Shown here: positions 49,901 through 64,000 of the stretch, one piece after another | Layout: every line of letters begins with the position of its first letter | Position numbering within the stretch: the first letter of the stretch is position 1 | NCBI RefSeq assembly: GCF_964355755.1 | Contig: NC_092670.1 | Location: forward strand, 38,738,388-38,802,387 | Source of the DNA: Antedon mediterranea | Lineage: Eukaryota; Animalia; Echinodermata | Length of the DNA stretch: 64,000 bases | Reading direction: 5' to 3' | The notes under the pieces: generated by a model | What the model saw: the letters and a program-made list of their open reading frames with translations, nothing else | The model's database searches: none | Told to the model about the DNA's origin: nothing | Position numbers and translations under genes: made by a program

Positions 49901-52900
49901 CAATTGCTTAGTAAGGGGATGACGTGGGGGTTTACAGATAGGATACGGCTGCTTGGGGCGTAAGTGGATATAATGGCTGCTATGCCGTACTGTGTTATTT
50001 ATAAGAATATAAAATAGAAAAAAGACGAACACTTTTAGTTTGTGTGTGGTCTTGTACCCCTTTCACACCAAAAGCAAAACTCCGGAGACACCCCGGAGAC
50101 ACCCCGGAGACACCCCGGAGTTGACGCCCCGCTGTTTGGTGTGAAAGGTAAAATCAAGCAACTCCGGAGTTTAAAACTGCGGGGTTGAACAGCTGAACAT
50201 TCTCCGGAGAGCGAACTGCGGGGACACCCTGGTGTTTTTGTGTGAAAGGGGTATTGGAAAGAGTGTTAATTGAGAGGTTAGCCAATCCACTGCCTTTAAG
50301 CAAATTGAAATGCATGCATCACACAAATCACACAATATATCTAAATCTTAATAAAATCATCACCTTTTTGACAAGCGATACATTTACCTAAAAGAAATTA
50401 TTAGAGATAAAATTACGCTTGTGATGTCTCCCTTCTGTTATTTATTCATTATAGAAGTAAAAAATGTTAACATTTTACAAACAGGTACATTTTCCTTGAG
50501 ATTGTTTAACCGTAAAGCCGTATACAGCAATTTACCAATAGTTAACAATTCTGGATACTTACTTATGAGGTGGACAATGCGTGGACATTGTAATCAATAA
50601 TTGAAAATCGATATTTGTCGATATCAATGCCTATCGCCTTAATTGAGGATATGTGCGAATAATGTCACGTGAAATTAGTTTGATAAATAAAATAAAGTTG
50701 ACTGTTCTTAATCGTTTTATTTTGTCGTACTTACTTTCATATATACTTGGTTTTACCATGTCTGGTCCATGAACTTGCCTATCGCGTACAAATTGCGGTA
50801 CGGGTGAGCGCGTTTCGCGTGGAATTGTTGGTGCGTAAACTGGTCCATCCGGCTCCTTTAGCTTATCAACGTGAAAGAAATCTTTTTCTTTCGATAAAGT
50901 TTCAGCTATAAGAAAAACGATTAGTTTTTGTTTAATTGCATTTAGAACGATAACAGAATGACTCCCAACAAATGCCAATACCCAAAGAAGTTCACAAACA
51001 CGGTGTAATATAATAACCGCACAAGTTAATGCTTGGTTCCCACTAGAGACGCAACATAAGGACGTAACGTAAGTTAGTTGACCAATCACAAGCGATGAAT
51101 TATTCGAACTGTCGCTTGTCATTTACGTCCTAGTGAGAACCAAGCTTAATGGTCTATTATTATCGCTCGTCAAGTTAAGTTAAACAAATATCCAATTAAA
51201 TTATACATTTACAGTATTTCGAATACTAAACATAGTAAATGCTCACCAGCTCCCATGCGAACCCATTTAGGCAAAGTGGTACTTTCAGGTTTTCCTTCAC
51301 TGTCGTAGAACACAAAGCCTCCGCCAACTCGACGAGGTTTTGAATTTTTAGTTCTGAAAAAGAAACTCGATTTAGTGATGATGTCATAGCATTACCATAT
51401 TTAAGCATATTATCACTACCATATTTGGGCACTTTTTTTGTCAAAGTAGTTTGATAGTGTAGACAGAGCTTAAGACTGGATCCACATCACAACATTAGCT
51501 GTCACTGAAAACATAACACCTTTCATCACTATCATACCACTATCATACTAACCTAATCATTGTAGTCTGCTAGGAAGCACAGCCTGTATCTTATCGTATC
51601 GGCCATCCTAGTATGTGCTCAAAACATAGCAAATAACGGTTACATTATATCATAATTCTCTAATAAAGACTCGTTACCGACTTACTGGGAGGTATGAGAT
51701 CTTGCGTTGCTATTGGATCTTCCCCATATGCCATCGCCTTGATATTTAAATGTCACATCAGTGGTCACAGAGCCCTCTGCACTATTGTAACTTTCCACCA
51801 GACCGTCTCCCAATCCCCCGTAAATACTAACAAGTTCCCCTTCACCGTAACCCCCAGCATCAGACCGACATCCATAGCACAAATTAGGAGTGTCTTCATT
51901 CTTTGTTCTGATATCGACAGCGCTTAAGTACTTGGGGTTAAGCGAAGCCGTTCCCGTGAGTTGGACGTATGATCTGCCGACATAGTCTGCTCCGATGTCA
52001 GAAACATTCGAAGGTGCTGGTTGGCTAGAGTTTAGTGGATCGATGGTCACACGGCTTTTATTGAAGTCTACATATCCATGTTTTTCCTGTAAAAATATTT
52101 AAAAAAAAGAAACATTAAACCATTTATTGTTCATTAAAATATTACTGAATTGCAAAATTAAATATACATTGATAAAAGTGATATCATGAAGCGTTTCGGC
52201 TAATACATGCGACGCTGTCTTATCATCTTTTGACTACACATCATAATGTTATATCACTGACATATCAACATACCATATTTAATGCAACAGTAATGCTTTT
52301 TCACACGAACTGTAAAAATCCGAAAGTCTTAAGCCCTGTCTACACTATCAAACTAGTGTCATAAAGTGTGATGTGCCCAAATATGATAGTGATAATATAT
52401 CATAATGTCCATATGGGCACAAGGTTGATAGTGTAGACAAAGCTTTAAAACCCTATTTTCAACAAATCTATTGAACTCAGAGGTTATATAATATAAGATT
52501 AAACCACTTTCGTTTTGACTGGGCCGTCAATACAATGCCAATGCATTATACAGTAAAAGTAGGATGAACGTATCAAATGCATGATGTAATAAACAAGTCA
52601 ATATTATACTTCGTGGTTAGTTGATATAATATTCATTGCCAAGTAGTGCTGAATTTGTTAAGCAAATCAAGGAAGAGTTTAGCAAACAAACCAAATGGAC
52701 TTTATTGATACATAGTTGATGAGTCTGGAACAAGAACAGTACGCGCAGTATGTCGACGATACAATTCACTCGACAGTTATTGTAATCGATGCACTTATTG
52801 CAAGCCTATGCAAAGTGAGCAACTTATTGTTTTATACTTAGGCCTAAAGGGGGTCAAAAGGCATAGAAAAGAAAATTATAACAACACGGCATTTATTTAG

Positions 52901-53190
52901 ATAATTTCATTTTGTATTACGTTTTTTACATACCAGGGAAGAGTGTAATTACTCATTTTTAACCAATCTAACCGCACCAAATACTTTCACTCTTTTTCAG
53001 GTGCCAAGGGTACGGTAGCTATCTCGGTCTAGATCGGGTCTAGGCCCCTCTTCTGAAGGTACAGTAAGCCCTAACTTACCCTGAATCCACCCCCTACAAA
53101 ATTCGTAGCAGATACCAGCGGCTTACGATGAGGCAATAATTTGGCTTTGTACTTCTTATTTCCTCTAAAACCTGCCACATGAGTCCCCAT
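40974..53190 (-). CDS. Large uncharacterised protein: low-complexity N-terminus, Pro/Glu-rich middle, coiled coil, C-terminal EF-hand-like domain
   Basis: Phase-compatible exons 53190-53080, 52086-51686, 51353-51247, 50905-50735, 49114-49025, 48684-48538, 48269-47750, 47617-47565, 47168-46917, 46343-46245, 45879-45785, 45659-45430, 45330-45223, 44818-44476, 44354-44258, 44030-43917, 43464-43277, 43162-42938, 42550-42458, 42100-42015, 41659-41590, 41315-41199, 41108-40974. C-terminal KELFQLLEDEDDETYPGEVTIDNL and KFGREGNGIVDFLDFLTYL are EF-hand-like. The 5' end is uncertain because an acceptor precedes the ATG. Confidence 0.75.
44896..44970 (+). other. 75-nt inverted copy of coding exon segment 43277-43351
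   Basis: atgcgtcaagttgacc(t/a)...gcaaccatgcgtatg matches the reverse complement of 43277-43351 with one mismatch. Confidence 0.95.
46711..46773. repeat. 63-bp near-perfect palindrome in an intron
   Basis: agacacaaagttgacgcgcgcgtacaacagt-c-actgttgtacgcgcgcgccagcattgtgtct, with 28 of 31 positions complementary. Confidence 0.9.
49218..49418. mobile_element. Harbinger-like MITE, family C
   Basis: TIR caactcagacagcgtcgtacgacgag / ctcgtcgtacgacgctgtctgagttg with TAA flanks. Confidence 0.8.
50055..50253. mobile_element. MITE with TIR tacccctttcacac (deleted derivative at 4287-4341)
   Basis: tacccctttcacaccaaaagcaaaact at both loci, gtgtgaaaggggta end, internal 11-bp ccccggagaca units. Confidence 0.75.
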
Positions 53191-55764
53191 ATTTCTGCCA
53201 CAACACATAGCGAAATGTTTTGATCGAAAACGAAGAGGTTTCTACCAAATTGTCCTAATGCCACATTATTTATTCAAGCGGAACTATTTTGATAGTTTCC
53301 ACGGAAACATATACTTTCATTTTATTGTTAGATCCAGTTTCATTGATTTTATTTATATTTTTTGTTAATGTATTGTTCTAAAAATGGTCCAATGGTTAGG
53401 CGAAGATCGTACTAAATTGATATTCTTTCATCATCGACTCAAATTCATTACACGATGTTCACTTATAAAGCTCTGTCTACACTATCAAACTAGTTTACAA
53501 ACAAATGTTGATGTACCCAAAATATGGGTCATCATCATCATGTCCATAGGCCTATATGGGCACATTTTTTTGTCACAAGTTTGATAGTATAGATAGAGGT
53601 TTACCTAAAGAACTTGATTTATTGTAGCCTGCAACGTTTGATTTTACAGTAGTGATTGAACACCCTATGAACAAAAACTGTGTAATTTTTGCTATCTGTT
53701 GTTATTACGTTAATCATCAAGACGGGATTGCTTTCGTCCGTATGGACAGGCGCTTATATCGATCCGGGTTTTTATTGTTAGGCCTATCATTTTGTCCGAG
53801 TGTGTCATTTGATTATGATCGATTGGTTTCGCCACCTCTTCAAGGTGACATAATTAAAGAATGGAACATAAGATTGTTTAGACTTAGGCTAATTAAACTA
53901 TATTGGAGAAGTTACATTTAGATATTCCAGTGCCAGTCACTAGCAAAATTAATGTTTAGTTATAGACAGGTTTAAAAGAATCGATATAGATAGCGGTGTT
54001 CTTATCTATGCTAAGAGGATGTAGGCCTATACGTGTCACTTTCACGATGATTAAATTTCGGGTTTATTTTTTTCGTTTCCAGATTTTTTTGGTCAGACTA
54101 TTATAACATTGCCTACTGAATTACAAATTACATTACATTACAAAGAAAAAAAACATTTTCACAAACTTCCAATGATCTGATTGGTCAATAGTAGTCTGGC
54201 CACGACTTTTTTAAATTTTTAAACTACTTTTCGTAAAGCTTGGTTCCCATTGGGACGCAACGCAAGGAAGTAGACGCAACGCAAACGAGCCAATGACAAG
54301 CGACAGTCGAATAAATCCATCGCTTGTGATTGGTCAAATCCCTTACGTCGTTGTGTTGCGTCTCTAGTGGGAACCAAGCTGTAGTGGCCACGGACAGTAC
54401 TATTGGAATTAGCCGGCATCTCTTCCTTAGCAACATTTATCATTTTACTCGGTTAATGGCATACCGATGATATTACAGTTGCGGTGCTTCGAGTAAAGGT
54501 CGAAAATTAAGATATACTAATGAATTGATACGTTTGTTACATCTGCTGGTCGATATTTGATTTCCATTTACAGATAATTCAAGTTACTGCCATTGAACCT
54601 TGTCGAGTCCCGGGCCTTGTGGGCGTCATCGACGGTTTCGGGTGATTAAAGCCCTCTCATTCTGTGCGGTGCGGCATAGCAATTCATGAAGAAATAGCAT
54701 CCACGTATGCTTACAAAAAATATATATTTGAGTCTGAGGATTTTGTAGAGTTATTAAAGTCCCATGTGACATTTATGTCACAATTACATTTACAATATTT
54801 AATAGTATACCAAAAGAAGCGAGTGCTTGTCATGGTAACCATTTTTTGCATGCATTTAAATGTACACATGATGCCAGACAACATTCAACAAAAATGATTT
54901 ACAAAAAAAAAGAAAAAAGAAACAATTGGTCGTCCACGACCGGTCAGCACCTCCGTGGGGCAGTTTTCTGTGGTGAAAATGGGAAATTCCTCTCTACTTT
55001 AATAGTGACGCACCATGGAGGAAATATATTTCCTCCATGGACGCACGTACATAAGCGCGACCAACAGTGACCACCACCACATGTGAGGTATAAAAGGACA
55101 TTAGGCTGTGGCTTAATAATCACTAAGATGACAATGCAAACATTATATAGACTCGCACAGATTGCAGAAGGTAAATCTGCTGTAGGGGTGTACTTTGCAT
55201 TGGTAGGCATATTATGAAGAAATAATAGAGACTCACACGCCAAGGAGGCCTATTGTTCATGCTTACCTTACACACAGACGATTGTTATGCGTGTATGGCA
55301 ATTAGAAGACTTAAAATTAGCACAAAGGAGCTCACTGTGTTAAAGTTTCGAAGAAATCACCTTACGAAACAACGAAATCAAACGTAATTTCTTTATTAAA
55401 TTACTATAATTATTTGATAAAAGTAACTGCTGTTGTGTTCTGAAAAAGATCTGAACCTACTGTGCGCTTTACATGAATATTGAATAATAATAATGTATCA
55501 AGGCCGGTCTATGTTGTAAATGTTGTGCCAAAAACAACTTTAAAAAAGAACTCATTTAGGCCTAATCGGATTTCAAAAGGAATGTCTCTGTATATCTGGA
55601 GATAACCAAGCAATTTGATTGAAATTGAATCGGGGAGCGGTGGGTTGATTTGTTCTATCTACCATAGTTAATATTTGATTATGCATTTACTGTTCATTTT
55701 CACCACATATTAAAAAACTGAAAGAAAACTTTTTAAATGTTTAAACGTGACATTAACAGATTTG

Positions 55765-56346
55765 TCATTTGAACTGTATGTACGACATCGGACGTGACAG
55801 GACGGATGATGATGAGTTATTAAGTAGCCGACTATACTCTACCTTTAATACTCCTTGGGGAAATGTCTCACTTCGTTGATGCTTATTTCTGTGTTTTCTA
55901 TGCTTATATTTGTTCTTGGTGGGCTTAACCTTCGAATAATCCGGCCTAGCTGGAACAGGTGCACCAGGTAATCTCCATTCGCCATTTTGATCAAGTATTT
56001 CTCCTTTTAGTAACCTCTCCTTAGCCCGTGTGATCGCATTTTGGTAACAGTTATCAAGAAGGGGGTTCGCCTGCCTCCCCCTCACACCTCGGGGGTGTGT
56101 TCCGTGTATAGTCACAACACTAGGAAATCGAAGAGATCCGATATCGTTCTTGTCCTTCAAACTGCAAATTTCCGATGAAGGAAACGTATCATAATGGCCA
56201 CTTGTATCATAGTGGTCTGTTTCGGAGTACGTAGACACGGCTGTTGGGTTGTATACACTATCACATTCACTTGCTACCCCAGAATCTACCACATCATTGT
56301 TAATGTATCCACCAGGATAGTTGATTAATGGAACTGCCGCTGTCAT
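55765..56346 (-). CDS. Putative 193-aa coding exon or orphan gene, possibly an alternative 5' exon of the EF-hand-like gene
   Basis: Non-repetitive 582-nt ORF, GC-richer than its flanks, with protein-like composition and no recognised domain. Same strand as, and upstream of, the 40974-53190 gene. Confidence 0.5.
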   Translation of the reverse strand: MTAAVPLINYPGGYINNDVVDSGVASECDSVYNPTAVSTYSETDHYDTSGHYDTFPSSEICSLKDKNDIGSLRFPSVVTIHGTHPRGVRGRQANPLLDNCYQNAITRAKERLLKGEILDQNGEWRLPGAPVPARPDYSKVKPTKNKYKHRKHRNKHQRSETFPQGVLKVEYSRLLNNSSSSVLSRPMSYIQFK

Positions 56347-57007
56347 ATCCTACCAACATCTCCTTATTATTTAATAATAAACTTCTCTCGATGCTACGCC
56401 TTACATTACCTCGTCTAAAACAATAGTTTCTATTCCGAATGTATGAGTTTTATTTAATACCAACACCGTTAAAGTAAGATCGCCATTTAGGCATACGTCT
56501 AAATGTAACGATGTCCCATACGAGAATATTATTAAAACCCGAGCGTTCGTTGCGTCAAAAAGTATTCCAATACGGTGAACATTGAACAATTGCGTAAAAA
56601 TTCCGATTCATACGGACGACCATTAATTACTAATCCCATTCATGGCCAAGTAAAACTGAATAGAGTCCAAACTTCACCTATAGCTATTCACACACACACC
56701 CGATCCGTTGCCTATGTTACGGCGTTGAGTCTCGGTGGTGGTGGTCGGTCCTGGTAAAGATGGCGCTCTTTTATTGACCGAAACTGTAAGTTAATACAAT
56801 ACAATTGGAACTGTTATCTCCTAATTGGAATGGGCCTGTGTAAATTTACTTGTATGGTTAAGGAGACAAAAGGTATAGACCGCGGGTGTACTGAAATCAA
56901 CAATATGTGGGCACAACAACACGTCGACCGTATAACAGTGCACCTCGACCAATATTAATTAAACGAATTTAAAAAGTAACATAACTTAATCCCTGAAATA
57001 TTCAAGC

Positions 57008-57175
57008 AGATATTTTAGTTTTTAATAGAGATATCTTAGTTTTTAATAGAGATATCTTAGTTTTAAATACAGATATCTTAGTTTTAAATACAGATATCTT
57101 AGTTTTAACATCTTTACTCCATGGTTTTAAATAGAGATCTCTATTAATAGAGATATCTTAGTTATAAACTAAGAG
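57008..57175. repeat. 21-bp AT-rich tandem repeat (gatatcttagttttaaataca)n
   Basis: Directly visible, 5-6 units. Confidence 0.8.
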
Positions 57176-60100
57176 TTTCTATTTTCGAATAAATACGCCA
57201 TATACATTCATTGATTGTGGACAAGTTACATACACAGTATAATATACATTACTGTACAATATCCTATGGAATATCAACTATTAACGGATACATTTATGGT
57301 GTACACACAGAACAAAGGTCGCATAATAGGGCAAACTGTCGCTATAGAAACGGTACACAGGGAATATAAGGAAACCCCCCGTGGTTTAAACAATGTCACG
57401 TTGATACCAATTCCGCCGTGGAAACTCTCTTTGTTGTTAAAAAATCGATATAAGTTTCGAAAGTTTTTTTGTTACGAAGAAATATATCAACATAAAGAGT
57501 GTAATAAATAGCATAGTAGGCCTACTGAAAAATCGATTGTGAAAGTACTGTAGTTATTTACCTTAATCGAAATACTTTGACATGATTAGTACGCCGTTAC
57601 GAATTACGTCATGGGCCTATACTACAAAATGCTTAAAAAACCACACCACAGGAGATGAATTAAAATTAAAATTATGAATGAACACATTTGACAAATGATG
57701 ATGTTTATTGAGGTCTGACATGGAACAACATCATAATGATCATAGTTCACAAAAACCATCAAAACTAAGTAGTCTGAACGGAGGTTATAAAACACAGTCA
57801 GTCAACTGTATACAACACATGACGTCTCATAAAACGTGATGACGCCCGCGCTAAACTGATGACGTAACGAAGTTAACCACTAAACTTTTGACGTAATTAT
57901 CGTATGTTACATTTTTGTTTACATTCAGTAACAGAGGTTCAAATATATATGGCTAACAATTGTTAATATATAAATTATTCACTATTTATAATATATGTTT
58001 ACTGAATGCCACAAATGAATTATTGTAGGCCTATACCGAGTTGTAGTATTATTACCATATACGAATTTGTGGCCAAGATTTGGTTAATTAACATTCACTA
58101 AACAACATGCCTCATACAACCCTAATTAAAATACACGTTTATTTGTACTTGTCATTCGAGAAATAATTTCAGAAATAAAACATTTCATTTCATCTATTAA
58201 TCAGATAAATAAACCACTCAGGCCAAGATAGCAATCACAATATAACTACATTGCAATTTTTAGACAAAATCTCACAAAACAAAATTTACTTTTTGCCTAA
58301 ACCACCACGACGCGATATTAACCAATATTCAAAAGCTCTCTCTCTCTCTCTTGATGAACAAATACTGTATATGTTTGCTTTAACGTACTGGAACTTCTTA
58401 AACTTTTACTGTATAGTAATGTATACGTATGCTTTCACCAAGTTAAAAAGTTGTTAACCTGGTTATATCTTCAGTACTATTAACTAACAAGAATGATTAC
58501 AGTTACACAAACGGGTTACTGTAGATCACCATAACTAGGTTTAAGTTCATACTTAATCATAATATTAAGTTAAATCAATAAACCTAATAAAACTGAGTAA
58601 ATTACTGGTATTTAAGTAACAAACTTGGTTAAAAAGTAGTAGTAAGTAAACTAAACTGGTTTTAATTAGTCAACAAACCAAGTTTAATTTGGTAAAATAT
58701 TTAACTTAATTTTACGTCTTCACCGATAGTTAACTGGGTTTAACATTTCAACTTTAGTAACACAAGGAATCAGGCTAAAATACTATTAATAGTAAATTAA
58801 GCCTGGTTAGTTACATAACCGGGTCAAGAACTCAACTAGTTACCAGCTAACTAGGTTAAATACACTGGACCTTAATACAAAACAGTTTAATTTCCTTAGT
58901 GAAAACACAATGCACTTATTCATATTTAAGATTGACTCATTCAATACTTAATTCATATTCCAACAATTAATTTAACACAGTAATATATTTACCACTGATG
59001 TTTTATACATAGGAGAGATTTATTTCAGTACAATAGAACGATCGTAAGCTCTGTCTACAGTATCAAACTAGTTTGACAATAAAAGTGTGATGTGCCTAAA
59101 TATGGTAGTGATATTGCCAAATATGGTAGTAATATGACATCATCATGTCCATATATGGGCACATCACATTTATTGTCACATACAGTTTGATAGTGTAGAC
59201 AGACCTTTAAGATTTTAAAATCACAATTTATATAGCAATATTCCAACAACTAATTAATGTAGTGTTCTATAAAGTGGTTAAATAATGTTATTATATCTAT
59301 ACTGTTTCGTCAACATTATTGCTATTAGCCCATTGGTATTGAAAGATGAGGGATAAACAATCTAAAGCTCTGTCCACACTATCAAACATGTGACAAAAAC
59401 AATGTGATGTGCCCATATATGGACATGATGATGTCATAGCACTGCCATATTTTGGGAACATCACACTTTTTTTTCAAACTAGTTTGATAGTGTAGACAGA
59501 GCTTTAGATTGTTTAAAAATATTTCAGGTCTTAAGTTAATAATAATATTCACATTACGCATGAATACAGTATAGACAACAAATTACACTGGTAAAATAAT
59601 ACAATTAATTTTTTTCTCAAATAACTAAACTAAATATGAACCATTGCAATTGTATTAATATTTACCATTGTTCATGGACTTCTGTGCGCCTATTTTTTCT
59701 ACTGGTTTTTGTAAATATGATTTTATGATTACTAAATAATATTATTAATAAAAATAATGATTGTATTATGGTACTAAATAAACAACACATGCTAGAATGA
59801 TTATTGATATCTCAATAATAATTTAAAATTAAGTTCTCTTAAATTAAAATCTAATGTAAAAATGTACAATATGTAAATGTGGTGTTGATACTGTATGTGC
59901 TAAGCTCCACAGGGGGAGAGAATGGGTACATTAAAGTGCAAACATAAGTCAAAAAAGCCGAAACAGAAGACAAAATGTATATTTGGTGAGCTACGCCAGA
60001 AATCAGAAGTAGAAGTAGGCTACATGGTAGTTAAAATGAAATAGAAGAAATACTGTTTATTTATATTTCTAAATAAATGAAATCTCTGGTGGGATTTGGT

Positions 60101-60537
60101 CATTGGAATCAGAAAAGAAAGGTAGATCTAAAACTGAAAACAACTCAAAAGTTTTCCAAAAAAATATCATGTAATGGCAGCATTCAATAGCTGTTGCAAG
60201 TAATTTTTTCAAAAAATAAAAAGTCCAAAATCCTAAAAAAAAGTTTACATTTTGTATGGAATATGACAACTGTGTTATGTTACACTATTTTAAAATACCT
60301 TCAGTAAAGACACTATTATATTTTAATTTAAAAAAAAAATTGTTTATAAAGAACTCAGCCATGAAATTTGTATATAATGTAAAGGATTATAAATATTAAC
60401 ATAATAATTATATAATTTAAAAATAATTTACAAAATCTTAATATGCTAATGTCAAAAATGGGATAAACTCCAACCACAATCAGTCTTGGATGGACCGACA
60501 TCTGAGATGTTTTTTAAAAATAAAATTAAAATCTCTG

Positions 60538-60640
60538 TTTCATTTCATTTCATTTATTTCGTCTCACATAATTATAAAAAAAAAAAACAAACAATAGAGA
60601 GAGACAGGATTCCCAAAAGCGAACTAAATCAAACTATCAA
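60538..60640 (-). mobile_element. LINE (CR1/L2-like) 3' tail remnant; similar tails near 6500-6625 (+) and 43497-43760 (-)
   Basis: The minus strand ends in aaataaatgaaatgaaatgaa after a short stem-like segment, as is typical of CR1/L2 3' ends. Confidence 0.4.
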
Positions 60641-61816
60641 GTGTGTCTACAATTTAGTTTGAGCGTGAAAGCAACAGCAAATTATAAATAAATTTTAAAA
60701 ATTTATTATTTTCATATTCAAAATTGGATTATATAAAGTATGCTTTTAAACTAATGCTTGGTTCTCATAGGACGAAACGGGCAAGTAATTTGACCAATCA
60801 CGACACGATGGATGACGATGATTAAAAAAGAAGTTTGGTCTTAAAATTAGGTTAGAAATAGAAAATAAATGGTATGTAATTTTTCTCTGGTAATCATACA
60901 AGTTTAAATTCATATTAAGTTCCATCATGGATCATACTAAGGGTATTACTTCTCAAACAAGTCCAATCAAATATTAAGCTATGTCTACACTATCAAAATG
61001 TATGTGACAAAAAAAGGTGTGATGTGCCCAAATATGGTAGTGATATACTAAAATATGGTAGTAAAATAAATTCTCCTTAATCGGGAGCGTGTAAATTTAC
61101 AGATAACGCGATAACTACTGGCATGTACAAATAATAAGCATCCTAACGGAAACTCGTTTAAATTTATTCAAATGACGCGAAAAAAACGTCGTTGATGGCA
61201 AGTAACGCTACATCGATGTCACTTATTATAGGCTGGCACGACAGACGACTGCCATAACTTAACTTAAGCGGACAAAATTTGATTTTTTGCGAAGTTTTGC
61301 GAATGATATAATTTGTTGACAACTCTAATCGCAATTTGCGAAAACGTGAATGGTTAGCGTGAGGATAGGATATAACATCATCATGTCCATATATGGGCAC
61401 ATTACATATTCTTTTGTCACATAAAGTTTGGTAGTGTAGACAGAGCTTTAGGTTTCTCTTTTTTACAACAATAGGAAATCTTTACACTAACAGTCTTAAT
61501 ATACTTATTCACAATCTACATATGATACATTAATATTTATACTTACTGTAAATGATCGAATAAGACGCACACCAAACATGATGTGTTTAGAAAAGCTCTG
61601 TATACCCTAACAAACTAGTTAGACAAAAAAAGTGTGATGTGCCCAAACATGGTAGTAATATGACATCATCATGTCCATATATGGGCACATCACATTTTTA
61701 TTGTCACATAAAGTTTGATAGTGTAGACAGAGCTTTAGAACAGTATAACCGCCCTGGGTAAAACACTGCTTGTTTTTTCGATAATTTATTCTACTTAGTT
61801 TCTAGTTAAACATTGT

Positions 61817-63891
<2,075 letters not shown>

Positions 63892-64000
63892 CTAAATAAA
63901 AACAAAATATATTTGTTTCAATTTAACAATTTGATTCCAGTGTAAAGTTCTGTCTACACTATCAATCTAGTTTGACAAAAAAAAAGTGATGTGCCCAAAT

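Noticed and set aside
58435-58870. Degenerate aact/ggttaa-rich segment
   Set aside because: Looks like an old AT-rich repeat. No clear unit, termini or coding signal could be established.

Overview
Intron-rich, AT-rich animal genomic DNA. The gene content, TE families and TAGGCCTA-rich introns suggest a marine invertebrate deuterostome such as an echinoderm (inference only). Genes in order: last exon of ABT1/ESF2 (+); two tandem 7-exon PARP12/ZC3HAV1-like genes (CCCH x5, WWE x2, mono-ART; +); NUDT19 ending in SKL (-); head-to-head with it, a 348-aa protein with a TICAM(TRIF/TRAM)-like TIR domain followed by a C-terminal Death domain, the reverse of MyD88 (+); a 5' remnant of a CR1/L2-type LINE with a 2A-like motif; ASPH with a long KEKAPEPK repeat stalk (-); a large Pro-rich/EF-hand-like gene of unknown identity (-); a 193-aa orphan ORF (-); and the 3' part of an OXR1/NCOA7-like TLDc gene (-). 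Introns are dense in MITEs, plus a Helentron-type element and an hAT-type element. The most notable observations are the TIR-Death adaptor beside PARP12 paralogues that carry kB-like sites, a 75-nt inverted copy of an exon 3' end in an upstream intron of the same gene, mosaic PARP divergence, and a dead NUDT19 fragment that marks the duplication unit. All exon models were read by hand from GT/AG sites and frame continuity. No database searches were run.
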